Source of the DNA: Anaerolineae bacterium
GTDB lineage: Bacteria > Chloroflexota > Anaerolineae > Aggregatilineales > Aggregatilineaceae
DNA: 58,013 nt
Reading direction: 5' to 3'
Assembly (NCBI GenBank): GCA_016934195.1
Contig: JAFGTJ010000030.1
Location: 1-58,013, forward strand
The position numbers and the translations under genes were made by a program. Numbering within the stretch: the first letter of the stretch is position 1; each line of letters begins with the position of its first letter. Positions 39,566 to 49,931 of this stretch are shown here, one piece after another. Below the pieces are notes generated by a model, which was not told where the DNA came from, did not search any database, and was given only the letters and a program-made list of their open reading frames with translations.

Positions 39566-39736
39566 CTAACGCTCACCGCCGGGGTCAGATGAGACACGGA
39601 CGTCCTTCTTGCCAGTCGGGGAAGCCGCCGCGACAGATGCATACGCCGGACATTCACGGCTGAGGTGCCATCCCAATTTTTCAGGGCTGGACAATTCTTT
39701 GCCACAATGCGGGCAGGTAATGGTAGTTTTGGACAT
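39566..39736 (-). CDS. possible 56-aa zinc-finger-like small protein
   Basis: Below the track's size cut-off. Hand translation gives MSKTTITCPHCGKELSSPEKLGWHLSRECPAYASVAAASPTGKKDVRVSSDPGGER, a CxxC...H...C pattern. It lies between rpoB and the terminator. The SD is weak. Confidence 0.4.
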   Translation of the reverse strand: MSKTTITCPHCGKELSSPEKLGWHLSRECPAYASVAAASPTGKKDVRVSSDPGGER

Positions 39737-39918
39737 GAACTGCTCTCAGGTGCGGGTTACAGGATCGGATAAAACGGAGACAGTGTAGACCACCTGTAAA
39801 GAACTTGCAAAAATATATTTTGTAAAGGCGTATGAAAATAAATAAGGCGGGTGAACACATGATGTTCACCCGCCCTATTTATTACCCCACTCAACCGGGC
39901 CAGAATTACCCGGCGACG

Positions 39919-42900
39919 TTAGCGGCGATTGTCCGCTAACCCTAACAAACCCATCGGCATTTTCGGCTGGCGCGATTTTTCTTCATCCTTGCCAAACTTG
40001 ATGACCTCGCCGGTATCGGTGATGGCCTCGACCGCCAAGCCCAGGCTTTGCAATTCTTTGACCAACACGCGGAAGGACGCCGGAACGCCGGGTTCCTCAA
40101 TCGGCTCACCCTTGACGATGGCCTCGTAGGTCTTCACGCGGCCCTGCACGTCGTCCGACTTCACGGTCAGCATCTCTTGCAAGGTATGAGCCGCGCCGTA
40201 GGCTTCCAGCGCCCACACTTCCATCTCACCGAAGCGCTGGCCGCCAAACTGCGCCTTACCACCAAGCGGCTGCTGCGTGACCAAGCTGTATGGGCCGGTT
40301 GAACGCGCATGAACCTTGTCTTCGACCAGGTGGGCCAGCTTCAGCATGTGGATGATGCCAACTGTCACCGGCTGGTCAAACGATTCGCCGGTCTTGCCAT
40401 CATAAAGCCGCTGCTTGCCGTAAATGGGCATCGAAAGGCTGCGCTGTAATTCCAACCGGCGCACGACCTCGCGCAAGGCCTCCTCGTCCAAACCCTGGGG
40501 CGGCACTTCGCCGGTAACGGCCTCGACCCACAGCATAAGGGCGGCATAGCGCGCGTTCTGGTCGCGGCGGATACGTTCGTCCAACGACACGCTATTAATG
40601 TCAAACAACAGCACGTCGTCGGGATTAATCCCCTGCTCGCGCAGCCACTCGGCCAATACTGCGCGCCGGGCATACACGTATTCGAGATTCAGCCGTTCCA
40701 TGTCGTACCGCCCGGTCTGGCCGAGCCAGTGATCGACATACAGGCGGCGCACCTCGTCGTCGTCATCCAGATATTCGGTATCGTACTCTTCTTCCCGCAG
40801 CCACGCCCAGGCACGCTCAGTGATGTTCTTCCAGGCGAGATCCACCAGCCAGGCGCGGCCCAGTTCGGCCTCAATTTCTTCCTCCTCGGCCCCATCGAAT
40901 ACCGGCGAAATAGCGCGGAATCCCAACCGGTCGGCAGCCCAACCAAGATGCGTTTCCAACACCTGCCCGATGTTCATACGGCCCGGCACACCCAGCGGGT
41001 TGAGAATAATCTCAATCGGCGTGCCATCTTCAAGGAAAGGCATGTCTTCAATCGGCACGACTTTCGAGATAACGCCCTTGTTGCCATGCCGACCGGCCAT
41101 CTTATCGCCCTGGGTCAGCTTGCGCTTTTGGGCCACGCTGACGCGCACCATCTGGTCTACCCCGGCGGGGAGATCGCGGTGTTCTTCACGGGTGAAGATT
41201 TTCACGTCAACGACCTTGCCCTTTTCACCGTGCGGCAGGCGCAGCGACGAGTCTTTGACCTCGCGGGCTTTTTCACCAAAGATCGCGCGCAACAGCTTTT
41301 CTTCAGGACTGAGTTCCTTTTCACCCTTCGGCGTGATCTTGCCGACCAGGATGTCATTCGGCCCCACTTCCGCGCCAATGCGGATAATGCCGTGCTCATC
41401 CAGGTCTTTGAGCGCGTCTTCGCCCACGTTGGGAATATCGTAGGTGATTTCTTCCGGCCCCAACTTGGTATCGCGGGCCTCGACTTCGTGTTTCTCGATA
41501 TGGATCGAAGTGAATTTATCCTGGCGGACCAGGGCTTCACTGATCAGCAGCGCGTCCTCGTAGTTGCCGCCTTCCCAGGACAGGAACGCACACAACACGT
41601 CATGTCCCAACGCCAACCGACCGTTGACAGTAGACGAACTATCGGCAATCACGTCGCCCCGGCTAATTTGCTGGCCTTTGCGCACAATAGGCCGCTGGTC
41701 AATGCAAGTAGACTGGTTTGAGCGATTGTATTTGCGCAGCCGGTAAGTGCGCAGCCCGTTTTGGGTGCGCAGCACCACCTGATCGCCCTGAACCGAGAGC
41801 ACTTCACCCGCTTCGTCGGCCACCAATACCTGGCCCGAATCATACGCCGCCTGCCGCTCGACCCCGGTGCTCACAATCGGAACATCCGGCCTGAGCAGCG
41901 GCACCGCCTGGCGCTGCATATTCGATCCCATCAGCGCACGGTTGGCGTCATCATGTTCGAGGAAGGGGATCAGCGCTGCCGAAATACCCACAATCTGGCG
42001 CGGAGCTACGTCCATGTAGTCGATACGGGACTGCTGCGCCACCAGGAAACGCTGGTGATAACGCGCCGATATACGTTCGTTCACAAACTGGTGCGCATCA
42101 TTCAACGGCGCGTTGGCCTGCGCGATGGTGAAGAAATCCTCTTCGTCCGCCGACAGGTATTCGATATCGCTGCTGACATACGGCACCAACGGCGCTGTCT
42201 TTAAACCGACAGCAGCCAGTTGGGAGCGTACCTGTTCGTCGATTACGGTGCCCGCCGGAATATGGCCCTTGCTGCCCGGTTCGCCCACATCTTCACGCAG
42301 CACACACCCGACGATCCGGTCCTTATCAATCGCCATCTCGCGGTACACTTTGCGGTAGGGCGTCTCGATGAAGCCGTATTCGTTCACCCGGCCATAACTC
42401 GCCAGACGACCGATCAGGCCAATGTTAGGACCTTCTGGCGTCTCGATGGGGCAAATACGCCCATAGTGGCTGTGATGAACGTCACGCACATCGAACCCGG
42501 CCCGCTCGCGTCGCAAACCGCCCGGCCCCAACGCTGACAGGGTACGTTTGTGCGTCAGTTCGGCCAGGGGATTGGTCTGATCCATGAATTGGGACAACTG
42601 ACTGGACCCAAAGAACTCGCGGACAGCCGCCACCACCGGGCGAATGTTGATCAATGTCATGGGCGACAGGTTGTCCGACTCACGGATCGACATGCGCTCA
42701 CGAACCACGCGCTCCATACGGCGCAAACCGATACGCAGCGAATTCTGGATCAACTCGCCCACCGTCTTGACGCGGCGGTTGCCCAGGTGATCGATATCGT
42801 CGGGCTGTTCCAGACCGTTATTGATCTGGATCATACGCTCGATCAGTTTGACGAGATCGAACTTGGAGATCGTGCGGTGGGTGCGCGGCACAATATCATC

Positions 42901-43839
42901 AATCCGCAGCCGTTGGTTGAGCTTGTAACGCCCTACCCGTTCCAGGTCATAACGCCGCTGGTCGAACAACTGGCTTTCCAGGTATTCGCGGGCATTGTCC
43001 AATGTGGGCGGATCGCCGGGCCGCATCCGTTTATAGAATTCCAGCAGCGCCGCTTCCGCGACAGTCTGGCCTTCCCGAATCTCCCACTGGGGTTCCATAC
43101 GAATGGTCCCCTCCATATACAGGTGATCCGGGTTGTTGTCCACTTCCTTGTAGATCGCCAGCAGTTCTTCGTCGGACCCATTCTGAATGGGAGAATGGGC
43201 ATCGAAGCCATCACTGACCGCCGCCAACGCGCGCAACAGGATCGTTACAGGAATCGTGCGCTTGCGGTTAAACTTGATCGCCAGGTAATCACTCTTGCGC
43301 GTCTCAAACTCCATCCACGCGCCGCGATCCGGGATCATTTTTGCGGTAGACAGGCTTCGCCCGGTAGTCCGGTCTTCTTCGGCGTCAAAATACACGCCGG
43401 GGGACCGGATCAACTGGCTGACCACAACGCGCTCAGTGCCGTTGATGATAAAGGTCCCTTTCTCAGTCATCAAGGGGAAATCTCCCATGAAGATATCTGA
43501 GATCACGACTTCATCACCGGCAGCCCGATTCACCAACGCCACCTTGACATACAGCGGCGCGGCAAACGTGATATCGCGTTCGAGGCAAATTTCCTCGGAA
43601 TACTTAGGCTCCTCGAACCAATACCGCAACCCGAATTCAGCCGCCTCTGGGCTGCCGCCGGGGAAGTAGAGCCTCAAGTTGCTATTGAAGCTCTCGATGG
43701 GGCTGATCTCATCGAATAACTCGTTCAGCCCCTCTTCATAAAACCGCCTGAATGATTCAAGCTGAATTTCGATGAGCGAAGGAAGGTCTTGGACGTCATG
43801 CGTGCGTGCATAACTCTTCTCATCTAGCCGCCGCTGCAT
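39919..43839 (-). CDS. rpoB: DNA-directed RNA polymerase subunit beta
   Basis: 1306 aa. Conserved blocks include [87 protein letters not shown]. Confidence 0.99.
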   Translation of the reverse strand: MQRRLDEKSYARTHDVQDLPSLIEIQLESFRRFYEEGLNELFDEISPIESFNSNLRLYFPGGSPEAAEFGLRYWFEEPKYSEEICLERDITFAAPLYVKVALVNRAAGDEVVISDIFMGDFPLMTEKGTFIINGTERVVVSQLIRSPGVYFDAEEDRTTGRSLSTAKMIPDRGAWMEFETRKSDYLAIKFNRKRTIPVTILLRALAAVSDGFDAHSPIQNGSDEELLAIYKEVDNNPDHLYMEGTIRMEPQWEIREGQTVAEAALLEFYKRMRPGDPPTLDNAREYLESQLFDQRRYDLERVGRYKLNQRLRIDDIVPRTHRTISKFDLVKLIERMIQINNGLEQPDDIDHLGNRRVKTVGELIQNSLRIGLRRMERVVRERMSIRESDNLSPMTLINIRPVVAAVREFFGSSQLSQFMDQTNPLAELTHKRTLSALGPGGLRRERAGFDVRDVHHSHYGRICPIETPEGPNIGLIGRLASYGRVNEYGFIETPYRKVYREMAIDKDRIVGCVLREDVGEPGSKGHIPAGTVIDEQVRSQLAAVGLKTAPLVPYVSSDIEYLSADEEDFFTIAQANAPLNDAHQFVNERISARYHQRFLVAQQSRIDYMDVAPRQIVGISAALIPFLEHDDANRALMGSNMQRQAVPLLRPDVPIVSTGVERQAAYDSGQVLVADEAGEVLSVQGDQVVLRTQNGLRTYRLRKYNRSNQSTCIDQRPIVRKGQQISRGDVIADSSSTVNGRLALGHDVLCAFLSWEGGNYEDALLISEALVRQDKFTSIHIEKHEVEARDTKLGPEEITYDIPNVGEDALKDLDEHGIIRIGAEVGPNDILVGKITPKGEKELSPEEKLLRAIFGEKAREVKDSSLRLPHGEKGKVVDVKIFTREEHRDLPAGVDQMVRVSVAQKRKLTQGDKMAGRHGNKGVISKVVPIEDMPFLEDGTPIEIILNPLGVPGRMNIGQVLETHLGWAADRLGFRAISPVFDGAEEEEIEAELGRAWLVDLAWKNITERAWAWLREEEYDTEYLDDDDEVRRLYVDHWLGQTGRYDMERLNLEYVYARRAVLAEWLREQGINPDDVLLFDINSVSLDERIRRDQNARYAALMLWVEAVTGEVPPQGLDEEALREVVRRLELQRSLSMPIYGKQRLYDGKTGESFDQPVTVGIIHMLKLAHLVEDKVHARSTGPYSLVTQQPLGGKAQFGGQRFGEMEVWALEAYGAAHTLQEMLTVKSDDVQGRVKTYEAIVKGEPIEEPGVPASFRVLVKELQSLGLAVEAITDTGEVIKFGKDEEKSRQPKMPMGLLGLADNRR

Positions 43840-44492
43840 TCACCACTCCTCGAGGTCTTACCACCAACAATCAACCACACTAGAGACAGCGCATACTCAT
43901 GGGGACCGGAGAATAGTTGTCTGCTACCTTTTTAAAGCAGTTTTTGGTTCCTGCTTCACCCAGGTTCGCCGCCACCTGAGAAGGCTTGGGTTTTACGTCC
44001 TGTCCAAAGGCGTTTAACGTCTCGTCGTAGCCACTACCGCGACGTGAAAGCTCATAGGACGAAGGCGACCTGGTATCGTCGTCTTCAGGGTACGCTGAAT
44101 ATTTTCCACCCGTCACGACTTCGACGGGCAACCGGCAATATTCGATTGGTAAGGTGCTGGCGTAATACCATGCACGCATTGTATTGGTCGGCACGGCATG
44201 TTGTCAAGCCGAGTAACGACCGTTACATACGCTTGAACATATTTGTATACAAAATTGAGGTCTAGCTTATAGCTCCTCAAGCTGGTTTCACTGAATTTAG
44301 GAGGGGATTCAAGAACTATTAGTATATCATCAGGCTTGATGATGTCAAGAACCAATTTTTGAAATTGGGTATAATGAGCAAAACCTTATTGTTTCATCGG
44401 CTTTTCACAATTAATTTATCATAGCCCTTGCGTTAAGAGCGAAGTCGTTCTACACTAAAATAGCCGATATGCCATAGCAGGGAGACATAAAC

Positions 44493-45926
44493 ATGGGGTC
44501 ACGGATATCCCGTCTTACGCGCACCACTCAACCGGCTGACGATCCACTAAGCGGTTTGCCGGAAGAACCCGCCCCGCCATCCAGCCCCGCGCCGCTTATC
44601 AACGGCGACGAATACGAAGTGCCACCGAAAAAGGAAACATCCCCGCGTGTGGCAGCGCTGCGCAAACAGCTTCGTCCCAAACTCGTCTCAACCCCGGATG
44701 AATTCGACGAAATGAACAGCACCAACCCGGAACACCAGCAAATTGTCCGGGACCGGCTGAAAGTCGTGTTGGAACGCGCTCGTGTCCAACTGTCGCCGGA
44801 GGAACTGGCCGAACTCGAACAAGCCCTGATCCATGACCTGTTGGGCTTTGGAGCCATCGAGCCGCTGGTGCAAAGTAAGAGCTTCTCCGAAATCATGGTC
44901 AATGCGCCGGACGTTATCTTTGCCGAATATAAAGGCAAGCTGCAAGAAACCGAGTACGTGTTCGATGACGAAGACCATGTACGCTGGACGGCACAGCGCA
45001 TCGTGCGCCCCTTACAGCGCGACCTCAGCCGCCGTAACCCGATGGTGGATGCCCGCCTGCCGGACGGTTCGCGTGTACACGTTATTATGCCGCCGTCGGC
45101 CTTGAGTGGCACAACAATCACCATCCGAAAATTCCCCGACAAACGCCTGACGGTGGATAACCTGATCGAGTGGGGATCATTCACCCCAGAGGTCGCGGAA
45201 TTTTTGCAGGCGTGCGTCGTGGCAAAACTCAATGTCGTGGTATCCGGCGGCACGGGGTCCGGTAAAACCACGCTCCTGAACGTGTTATCGTCCTTCATTC
45301 CTGATGAAGAACGCATCGTCACCATTGAAGACTCCGCCGAATTGCAGCTCGCGCAGCGGCACGTCGTCCGGCTGGAAACCTGCCCCGCCCTGCCCGGTAC
45401 GGAAGACGGGCGGCTGGTCATCCGCGATCTGGTGAAAGGCAGTCTGCGTATGCGTCCCGACCGGATTGTGGTGGGCGAATGCCGCTCCGGTGAGGCGCTG
45501 GATATGCTGCAAGCAATGAACACCGGTCACGATGGATCGCTGACAACCGTTCACTCCAACAGTCCGCGTGACTGTGTGGGCCGTCTTGAAACACTGGCGC
45601 TGATGGCCGGTATGGACCTCCCGGTCGCCATTATCCGCCGCCAGATCGCCAGCGCCGTGAACCTGATCGTGCAGCAGGCCCGTCTGAAAGATGGCAGTCG
45701 TAAAGTTGTCCAGGTTACTGAGTTGCAGGGAATGGAAGGCGAACAGGTTGTTTTGCAGGATATATTCATCTACAAAACACCTGATCACCGGGGCGGCGGT
45801 TACAGTCACGTCGGCGGCGGGTCGCTGGAACCCACCGGATTCCGTCCGAGCTTCATGGAACGCCTGGAACAGGCCGGGTTCAAGCTAAGCGGGCGCATCT
45901 TTGGCGCAGGCCGGACCAACTTTTAG
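44493..45926 (+). CDS. cpaF: CpaF/TadA-family type IV (Tad/Flp) secretion ATPase
   Basis: ATG preceded by AGGGAGA. EIMVNAPD, DARLPDGSRVHVI, Walker A SGGTGSGKTTLLN, TIEDSAELQL, RMRPDRIVVGECR, GHDGSLTTVHSNS. Confidence 0.92.
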   Translation: MGSRISRLTRTTQPADDPLSGLPEEPAPPSSPAPLINGDEYEVPPKKETSPRVAALRKQLRPKLVSTPDEFDEMNSTNPEHQQIVRDRLKVVLERARVQLSPEELAELEQALIHDLLGFGAIEPLVQSKSFSEIMVNAPDVIFAEYKGKLQETEYVFDDEDHVRWTAQRIVRPLQRDLSRRNPMVDARLPDGSRVHVIMPPSALSGTTITIRKFPDKRLTVDNLIEWGSFTPEVAEFLQACVVAKLNVVVSGGTGSGKTTLLNVLSSFIPDEERIVTIEDSAELQLAQRHVVRLETCPALPGTEDGRLVIRDLVKGSLRMRPDRIVVGECRSGEALDMLQAMNTGHDGSLTTVHSNSPRDCVGRLETLALMAGMDLPVAIIRRQIASAVNLIVQQARLKDGSRKVVQVTELQGMEGEQVVLQDIFIYKTPDHRGGGYSHVGGGSLEPTGFRPSFMERLEQAGFKLSGRIFGAGRTNF

Positions 45927-45955
45927 CAGTATCCATTTCACCACACTGTATCTAC

Positions 45956-45994
45956 CATGCCCTGGTCAAAACGTAAACGGGGCATGTTTGTGTT
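45956..45994 (+). terminator. weak terminator candidate after cpaF
   Basis: CATGCCC (45956-45962) pairs with GGGCATG (45980-45986) around a large 17-nt loop. TTTGTGTT follows. Confidence 0.35.
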
Positions 45995-46052
45995 ATGCTC
46001 TCAGTGAGTGGTTTTGAGTTTGGGGTTCTGAATTTTAACGAGCTAACAACTT

Positions 46053-46835
46053 ATGAGCAGACAATCACCAGCGCTTTCCCCAGCGGAGCACCTCCGTTAC
46101 AACCGGCACATCATTCTGCCCCAGGTGGGGGAAAATGGTCAGCGCAAACTCAAAGCGGCCAGCGTGGTTATTGTGGGCACCGGGGGATTGGGTAGTCCAA
46201 TCTCGATGTACCTGGCAGCGGCAGGCGTGGGGCGGATCGGGCTGGTGGATCACGATGTAGTGGACGCCAGCAACTTGCAGCGCCAGATCGTACACAGCGA
46301 AGACACGCTCGGCACGCCGAAAGTCCAATCCGCCGCTGCGCGCCTGAAAGCCATCAATCCCTACATCACTATCAACGCCTACAACGTACCGCTGACCGGC
46401 GACAACGCGCTCGGCATCCTGGGCGACTATGATATTTTTCTGGACGGAACCGACAATTTCTCAACCCGGTATCTCTTGAACGACGCGGCGATCCTGCTCG
46501 GCAAACCAATGGTGTACGGCAGCATTTTTCGGTTCGAGGGACAAGCAAGCGTGTTTGGACTGCCGGGTGGTCCATGTTACCGCTGCCTGCTGCCCGAACC
46601 GCCGCCGCCGCATCTCGTGCCAAACGCCGCCGAGGTAGGCGTGTTTGGCGTGCTGCCAGGAACGATTGGCACGATCCAGGCCACTGAAGCGATCAAGATC
46701 ATCCTCGGCATTGGCGACACGCTGTCCGGGCGGCTGCTGCTCTATGACGCGCTGGATATGTCCTTCGACCTGATCACGCTGTCCAAGCGACCCAACTGCC
46801 CCGCCTGTGGGGGCAATCCGACTCTCACCAAATGA
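46053..46835 (+). CDS. moeB: ThiF/MoeB-family adenylyltransferase (molybdopterin-synthase adenylyltransferase-like)
   Basis: RYNRHIILPQVG, VGTGGLGSP nucleotide loop, DASNLQRQI, paired CxxC motifs (CYRC, CPAC). No rhodanese domain. Confidence 0.9.
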   Translation: MSRQSPALSPAEHLRYNRHIILPQVGENGQRKLKAASVVIVGTGGLGSPISMYLAAAGVGRIGLVDHDVVDASNLQRQIVHSEDTLGTPKVQSAAARLKAINPYITINAYNVPLTGDNALGILGDYDIFLDGTDNFSTRYLLNDAAILLGKPMVYGSIFRFEGQASVFGLPGGPCYRCLLPEPPPPHLVPNAAEVGVFGVLPGTIGTIQATEAIKIILGIGDTLSGRLLLYDALDMSFDLITLSKRPNCPACGGNPTLTK

Positions 46836-46869
46836 GCCAACCCACCGTTCCCGCGCAAATGATTCCGCA

Positions 46870-49356
46870 CTACACGTCATCCAGCGGCAAAACGTACCCC
46901 TGCAAGTCGTCTTCGGGCGGCAGCAGGTCCAGTTCTACGCTGTTCAAATGCGACTGGCGCGATTTGGCCCGCCCCAACAAACGCTTGATCTCGGTGTTAT
47001 CGGGCAACCGTTCCTGAGCGGCCTCAAGAATATGCACGACCCGGTTAAGCTGGACCGTATCATTGATCCACAAACGGGCCAGTTCGAGCAGCATATCGCC
47101 GACCTGGACCGGATCGTCAACCTCCAACGCCTGACCAAGCGCCTGCTGGTAACGGGTCTGTGCGCCCACGTAGTCGCCGCGCGCCTTCAATACGTCAGCC
47201 ATGACGCTGAGCTGTTCGTAGGCTTCCTGGGCATCGCCTCCGGTCCGAATCAGGTTGAGCGCCTGAGCATGATGTTCCATCGCCTCATCCCAGTGCATCA
47301 GGTTGGCGTGTGCATCACCTAACTGGATTTGGGCAAACTTCAATTCGTCCATCTGCTGCTCACGCGCAAAGATCGGCACCGTTTGCTCCCATACGGTGAT
47401 AGCATCCCGAAATCGGTTGAGATCAAAATACAGATCGCCGATCTTATCCAGCGTCAGGCCAATATCCAACCAGGCGTCGATGGGCCGGAACGCTTTGACC
47501 GCTTCCTGGTACGCATCGACGGCCCCTTCAAAACGCCCTAACATCGCCTGCATATCGCCCAATACGACGAGCATTTGCCCTTCACGCCGGGGATTATCAA
47601 CTTCCTGGGCCAACGCCATCCCGCGATCCACCTGGGCCAACACGTCCTCATAGTTTTCCTGTTGCAGACTGAGCGCGGCTAACGATTTGATGGCGGCCAA
47701 CTCATCCTCGACACTGCCGTCGGCCTGAAATACCCTGGGTTCCTGAATTGGGGACGACACGGTTTCGGAACTATCCTCGAAAGCCGATTCGGGCACAACG
47801 TCCGGTTCCATCGTGATTTCCACGAGCGGCAGCGGGGATGGTTCGGATTCAGCCGGGGGCGACTCCGCTATATCCTCCCAGACTTCCGGCTCGACAGCGA
47901 TCTCAGGCACGGCTGATTCCGGTTCCGCCACAGACGGCGGGGAGGATACAATCCCGGCGGCGGCGACCGGGTCGGAGGGCATGGTATCCTGATCCTGAAC
48001 CGAACGAGCCGGTTCTGGCTCGGCAAGAATGGAGGGAGATATCTCTACTTCCTCTTCAACTTCAACCGGCTCTGGGCCACGTCCCAACAACCCCAACCCG
48101 GTGGCTTCGGGATGTTTTCCCAGGTAATGCAACCATTCGAGTTCAGGACGAAAACCGCGCACCAGGACAAAACTTTCCGCGCTGGTGGGTTGTAACAACT
48201 GGGACACTTCTTCCACAAAATCCAGCCGGTCATGCTGCGCCGCATACGCCGATGCCGTTATGATGTTTAAGATTTCCACCGCCAACCGTTCGTGACTGTT
48301 CGCTTCCGGTTCGCCGGTATGCCGCCGCGCATATACCAACAGGCCGTTCAGATGGCGCGTTCGCATCGCGTCTAACTGCTTCTTGCCACGTAATACAACC
48401 TGGGCAAACGTCTGGATCAATTCGTGGGCTTCAAAATACGGCTGGTTCTGTACCATACGCTCCGTGACAAAACCACGTTTGGCAAGCTGGCCCATTGTGG
48501 CGCGAATCACATGGGGCGGCGCGCCGCCCACATCCGACAGCAGTTCCTCACTCGCGCCCCCGGTGAACGTTGTCCCGACCAGCAGCACCAACCCCTGCAA
48601 CGCGGACGGCAGCAGCCGGTACGCGGCCATCAGGATTCCCATGATGCGGTTCGCGTCACCGGATGGCAGATCGGGCATTCGCTCTAAAAATTCACCCGGC
48701 CCGATCCCGGCAGCCGCTAATTGGCGCGCAGCCATCACAATCGACAGGGCATGCCCGCGCAATGTTTCGCTCAAGCGGGAAAGCTCCGTCATATCAACGT
48801 CCAGCGGCAGGTCCGCCAGTTGCGCCAGCATCATTTCCGCTTCATAAGCAGGCAGCGGCTCGACAGCGTGCGGCGTCCAGGGACCGGCAACCATACGCGG
48901 GTGAGTAAGCAGCAGCGGTACGCCAGAAGCGCATCCCCGCACAAACTCACGGGCATGTTCGGGCAATACCTGACCGTCCAACACCACCAGGGGCCGGTTT
49001 TGGTGCAGCAAATCGCCCGCCAGCGCGCGTTGGGCGTCCAGATTGCCGCCTGCCGCCCCATCCACGCCATAAGCCCGCAGCACGCGGTTGAGCATAGAGG
49101 GCAGCGTATCATTGGCAAGATCGAACCACAATACACCACCGGGCAGTTCCGCATACCCCGCCGCCAATGACGCCGCCAGCGCGGTTTTGCCGATCCCTGC
49201 CAAACCATGCAGCAGCACCGCCATCCCCGCCTTTAGCGTCAGGTGGATCGAAGTCAAATCAGATTCACGCGCCCACAGATCGCCCGGTAACGGCACCGGC
49301 AGATTGTAACTGCCCTGCACGGGTGCTCCATGTGGAATAACAGGTTGTTGGCTCAT
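46870..49356 (-). CDS. STAND-type P-loop NTPase (NB-ARC-like) with acidic/Pro-rich linker and C-terminal TPR array
   Basis: Walker A LHGLAGIGKTALA, Walker B LVVLDG, LLLTHP. The middle is E/P/S-rich. The C-terminus has about 8 TPR-like helical pairs. Start set at the ATG at 49356 (GGTGGG upstream) rather than 49368. Confidence 0.85.
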   Translation of the reverse strand: MSQQPVIPHGAPVQGSYNLPVPLPGDLWARESDLTSIHLTLKAGMAVLLHGLAGIGKTALAASLAAGYAELPGGVLWFDLANDTLPSMLNRVLRAYGVDGAAGGNLDAQRALAGDLLHQNRPLVVLDGQVLPEHAREFVRGCASGVPLLLTHPRMVAGPWTPHAVEPLPAYEAEMMLAQLADLPLDVDMTELSRLSETLRGHALSIVMAARQLAAAGIGPGEFLERMPDLPSGDANRIMGILMAAYRLLPSALQGLVLLVGTTFTGGASEELLSDVGGAPPHVIRATMGQLAKRGFVTERMVQNQPYFEAHELIQTFAQVVLRGKKQLDAMRTRHLNGLLVYARRHTGEPEANSHERLAVEILNIITASAYAAQHDRLDFVEEVSQLLQPTSAESFVLVRGFRPELEWLHYLGKHPEATGLGLLGRGPEPVEVEEEVEISPSILAEPEPARSVQDQDTMPSDPVAAAGIVSSPPSVAEPESAVPEIAVEPEVWEDIAESPPAESEPSPLPLVEITMEPDVVPESAFEDSSETVSSPIQEPRVFQADGSVEDELAAIKSLAALSLQQENYEDVLAQVDRGMALAQEVDNPRREGQMLVVLGDMQAMLGRFEGAVDAYQEAVKAFRPIDAWLDIGLTLDKIGDLYFDLNRFRDAITVWEQTVPIFAREQQMDELKFAQIQLGDAHANLMHWDEAMEHHAQALNLIRTGGDAQEAYEQLSVMADVLKARGDYVGAQTRYQQALGQALEVDDPVQVGDMLLELARLWINDTVQLNRVVHILEAAQERLPDNTEIKRLLGRAKSRQSHLNSVELDLLPPEDDLQGYVLPLDDV

Positions 49357-49442
49357 AAAACCCACCATCCAAGTTTTTAAATCAAACCGTCAAACCGAAC
49401 CGTAACTTCTTCCCGCAGTATAGCAGAAGCTGGTCCGGCAGG

Positions 49443-49474
49443 AAAACAAAACGCCCAGCAAGCAACGCCGGGCG
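49443..49474 (-). terminator. rho-independent terminator after the trm112-like gene
   Basis: Read on the minus strand: CGCCCGGC / GCTGGGCG, an 8-bp stem with one G-U pair and a 7-nt loop, then TTTTGTTTTCC. Confidence 0.6.
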
Positions 49475-49495
49475 CAATACCTTGTCCTGACTCGT

Positions 49496-49759
49496 CTAGT
49501 CTTCGTCCGGCGGAGGAACCGGCAAATCATCCACTGAGATATTCTGGTACTTCCGCCCCACATCCACCAACATCACCGGAATACCGTCCCGAACAGGATA
49601 TTTGTACCCGGAATCCTCGCAGACCAGCCAGCAGCCCTGCACCAACTCCAACCGACCGGGATCGTCGCCTTTGTCGGTGTAATGAACTGCTTCCGGGCAG
49701 CGCAAAATCTCTAGCAGATCGGGACTGATTGCATTATTTTGTGTCGCATCATCTGCCAT
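49496..49759 (-). CDS. Trm112-family small zinc-ribbon-like protein
   Basis: LLEILRCPE...LVCEDSGYKYPVRDGIPVMLVD is the Trm112/DUF343 pattern. Start re-set to MADDATQ (ATG at 49759). Confidence 0.85.
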   Translation of the reverse strand: MADDATQNNAISPDLLEILRCPEAVHYTDKGDDPGRLELVQGCWLVCEDSGYKYPVRDGIPVMLVDVGRKYQNISVDDLPVPPPDED

Positions 49760-49931
49760 GCCATAACCTCGCAGAAAATAACCCTGGCGCTGATGCGAGT
49801 ATAGCCAGCCCCTCACTCAGCGTCAAGCTCAGTCCTGGCTGTGACCGGCATTCCAGGGTAGACTTGGGCATGGAAACAGTATCATGAGGTCACAGCAGAA
49901 AGAATCTGGCAACCGCTAAGCAGAGTCGTTA

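Noticed and set aside
39681-39869. 62-aa ORF (MNIMCSPALFIFIRLYKIYFCKFF...) downstream of rpoB
   Set aside because: The composition is not protein-like, and it overlaps the start of the more plausible 56-aa zinc-finger-like ORF in another frame.
43880-44194. 104-aa ORF upstream of rpoB on the same strand
   Set aside because: No recognisable fold, no convincing SD, and an odd composition in a lower-GC spacer. I kept it only as part of the 'long spacer' finding.
46870-49356. Interpreting the STAND-TPR gene as an Avs-like anti-phage defence gene
   Set aside because: No nuclease, protease, TIR or other effector domain is visible. There are no neighbouring defence or mobile genes and no compositional island. 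I kept it as an open question only.
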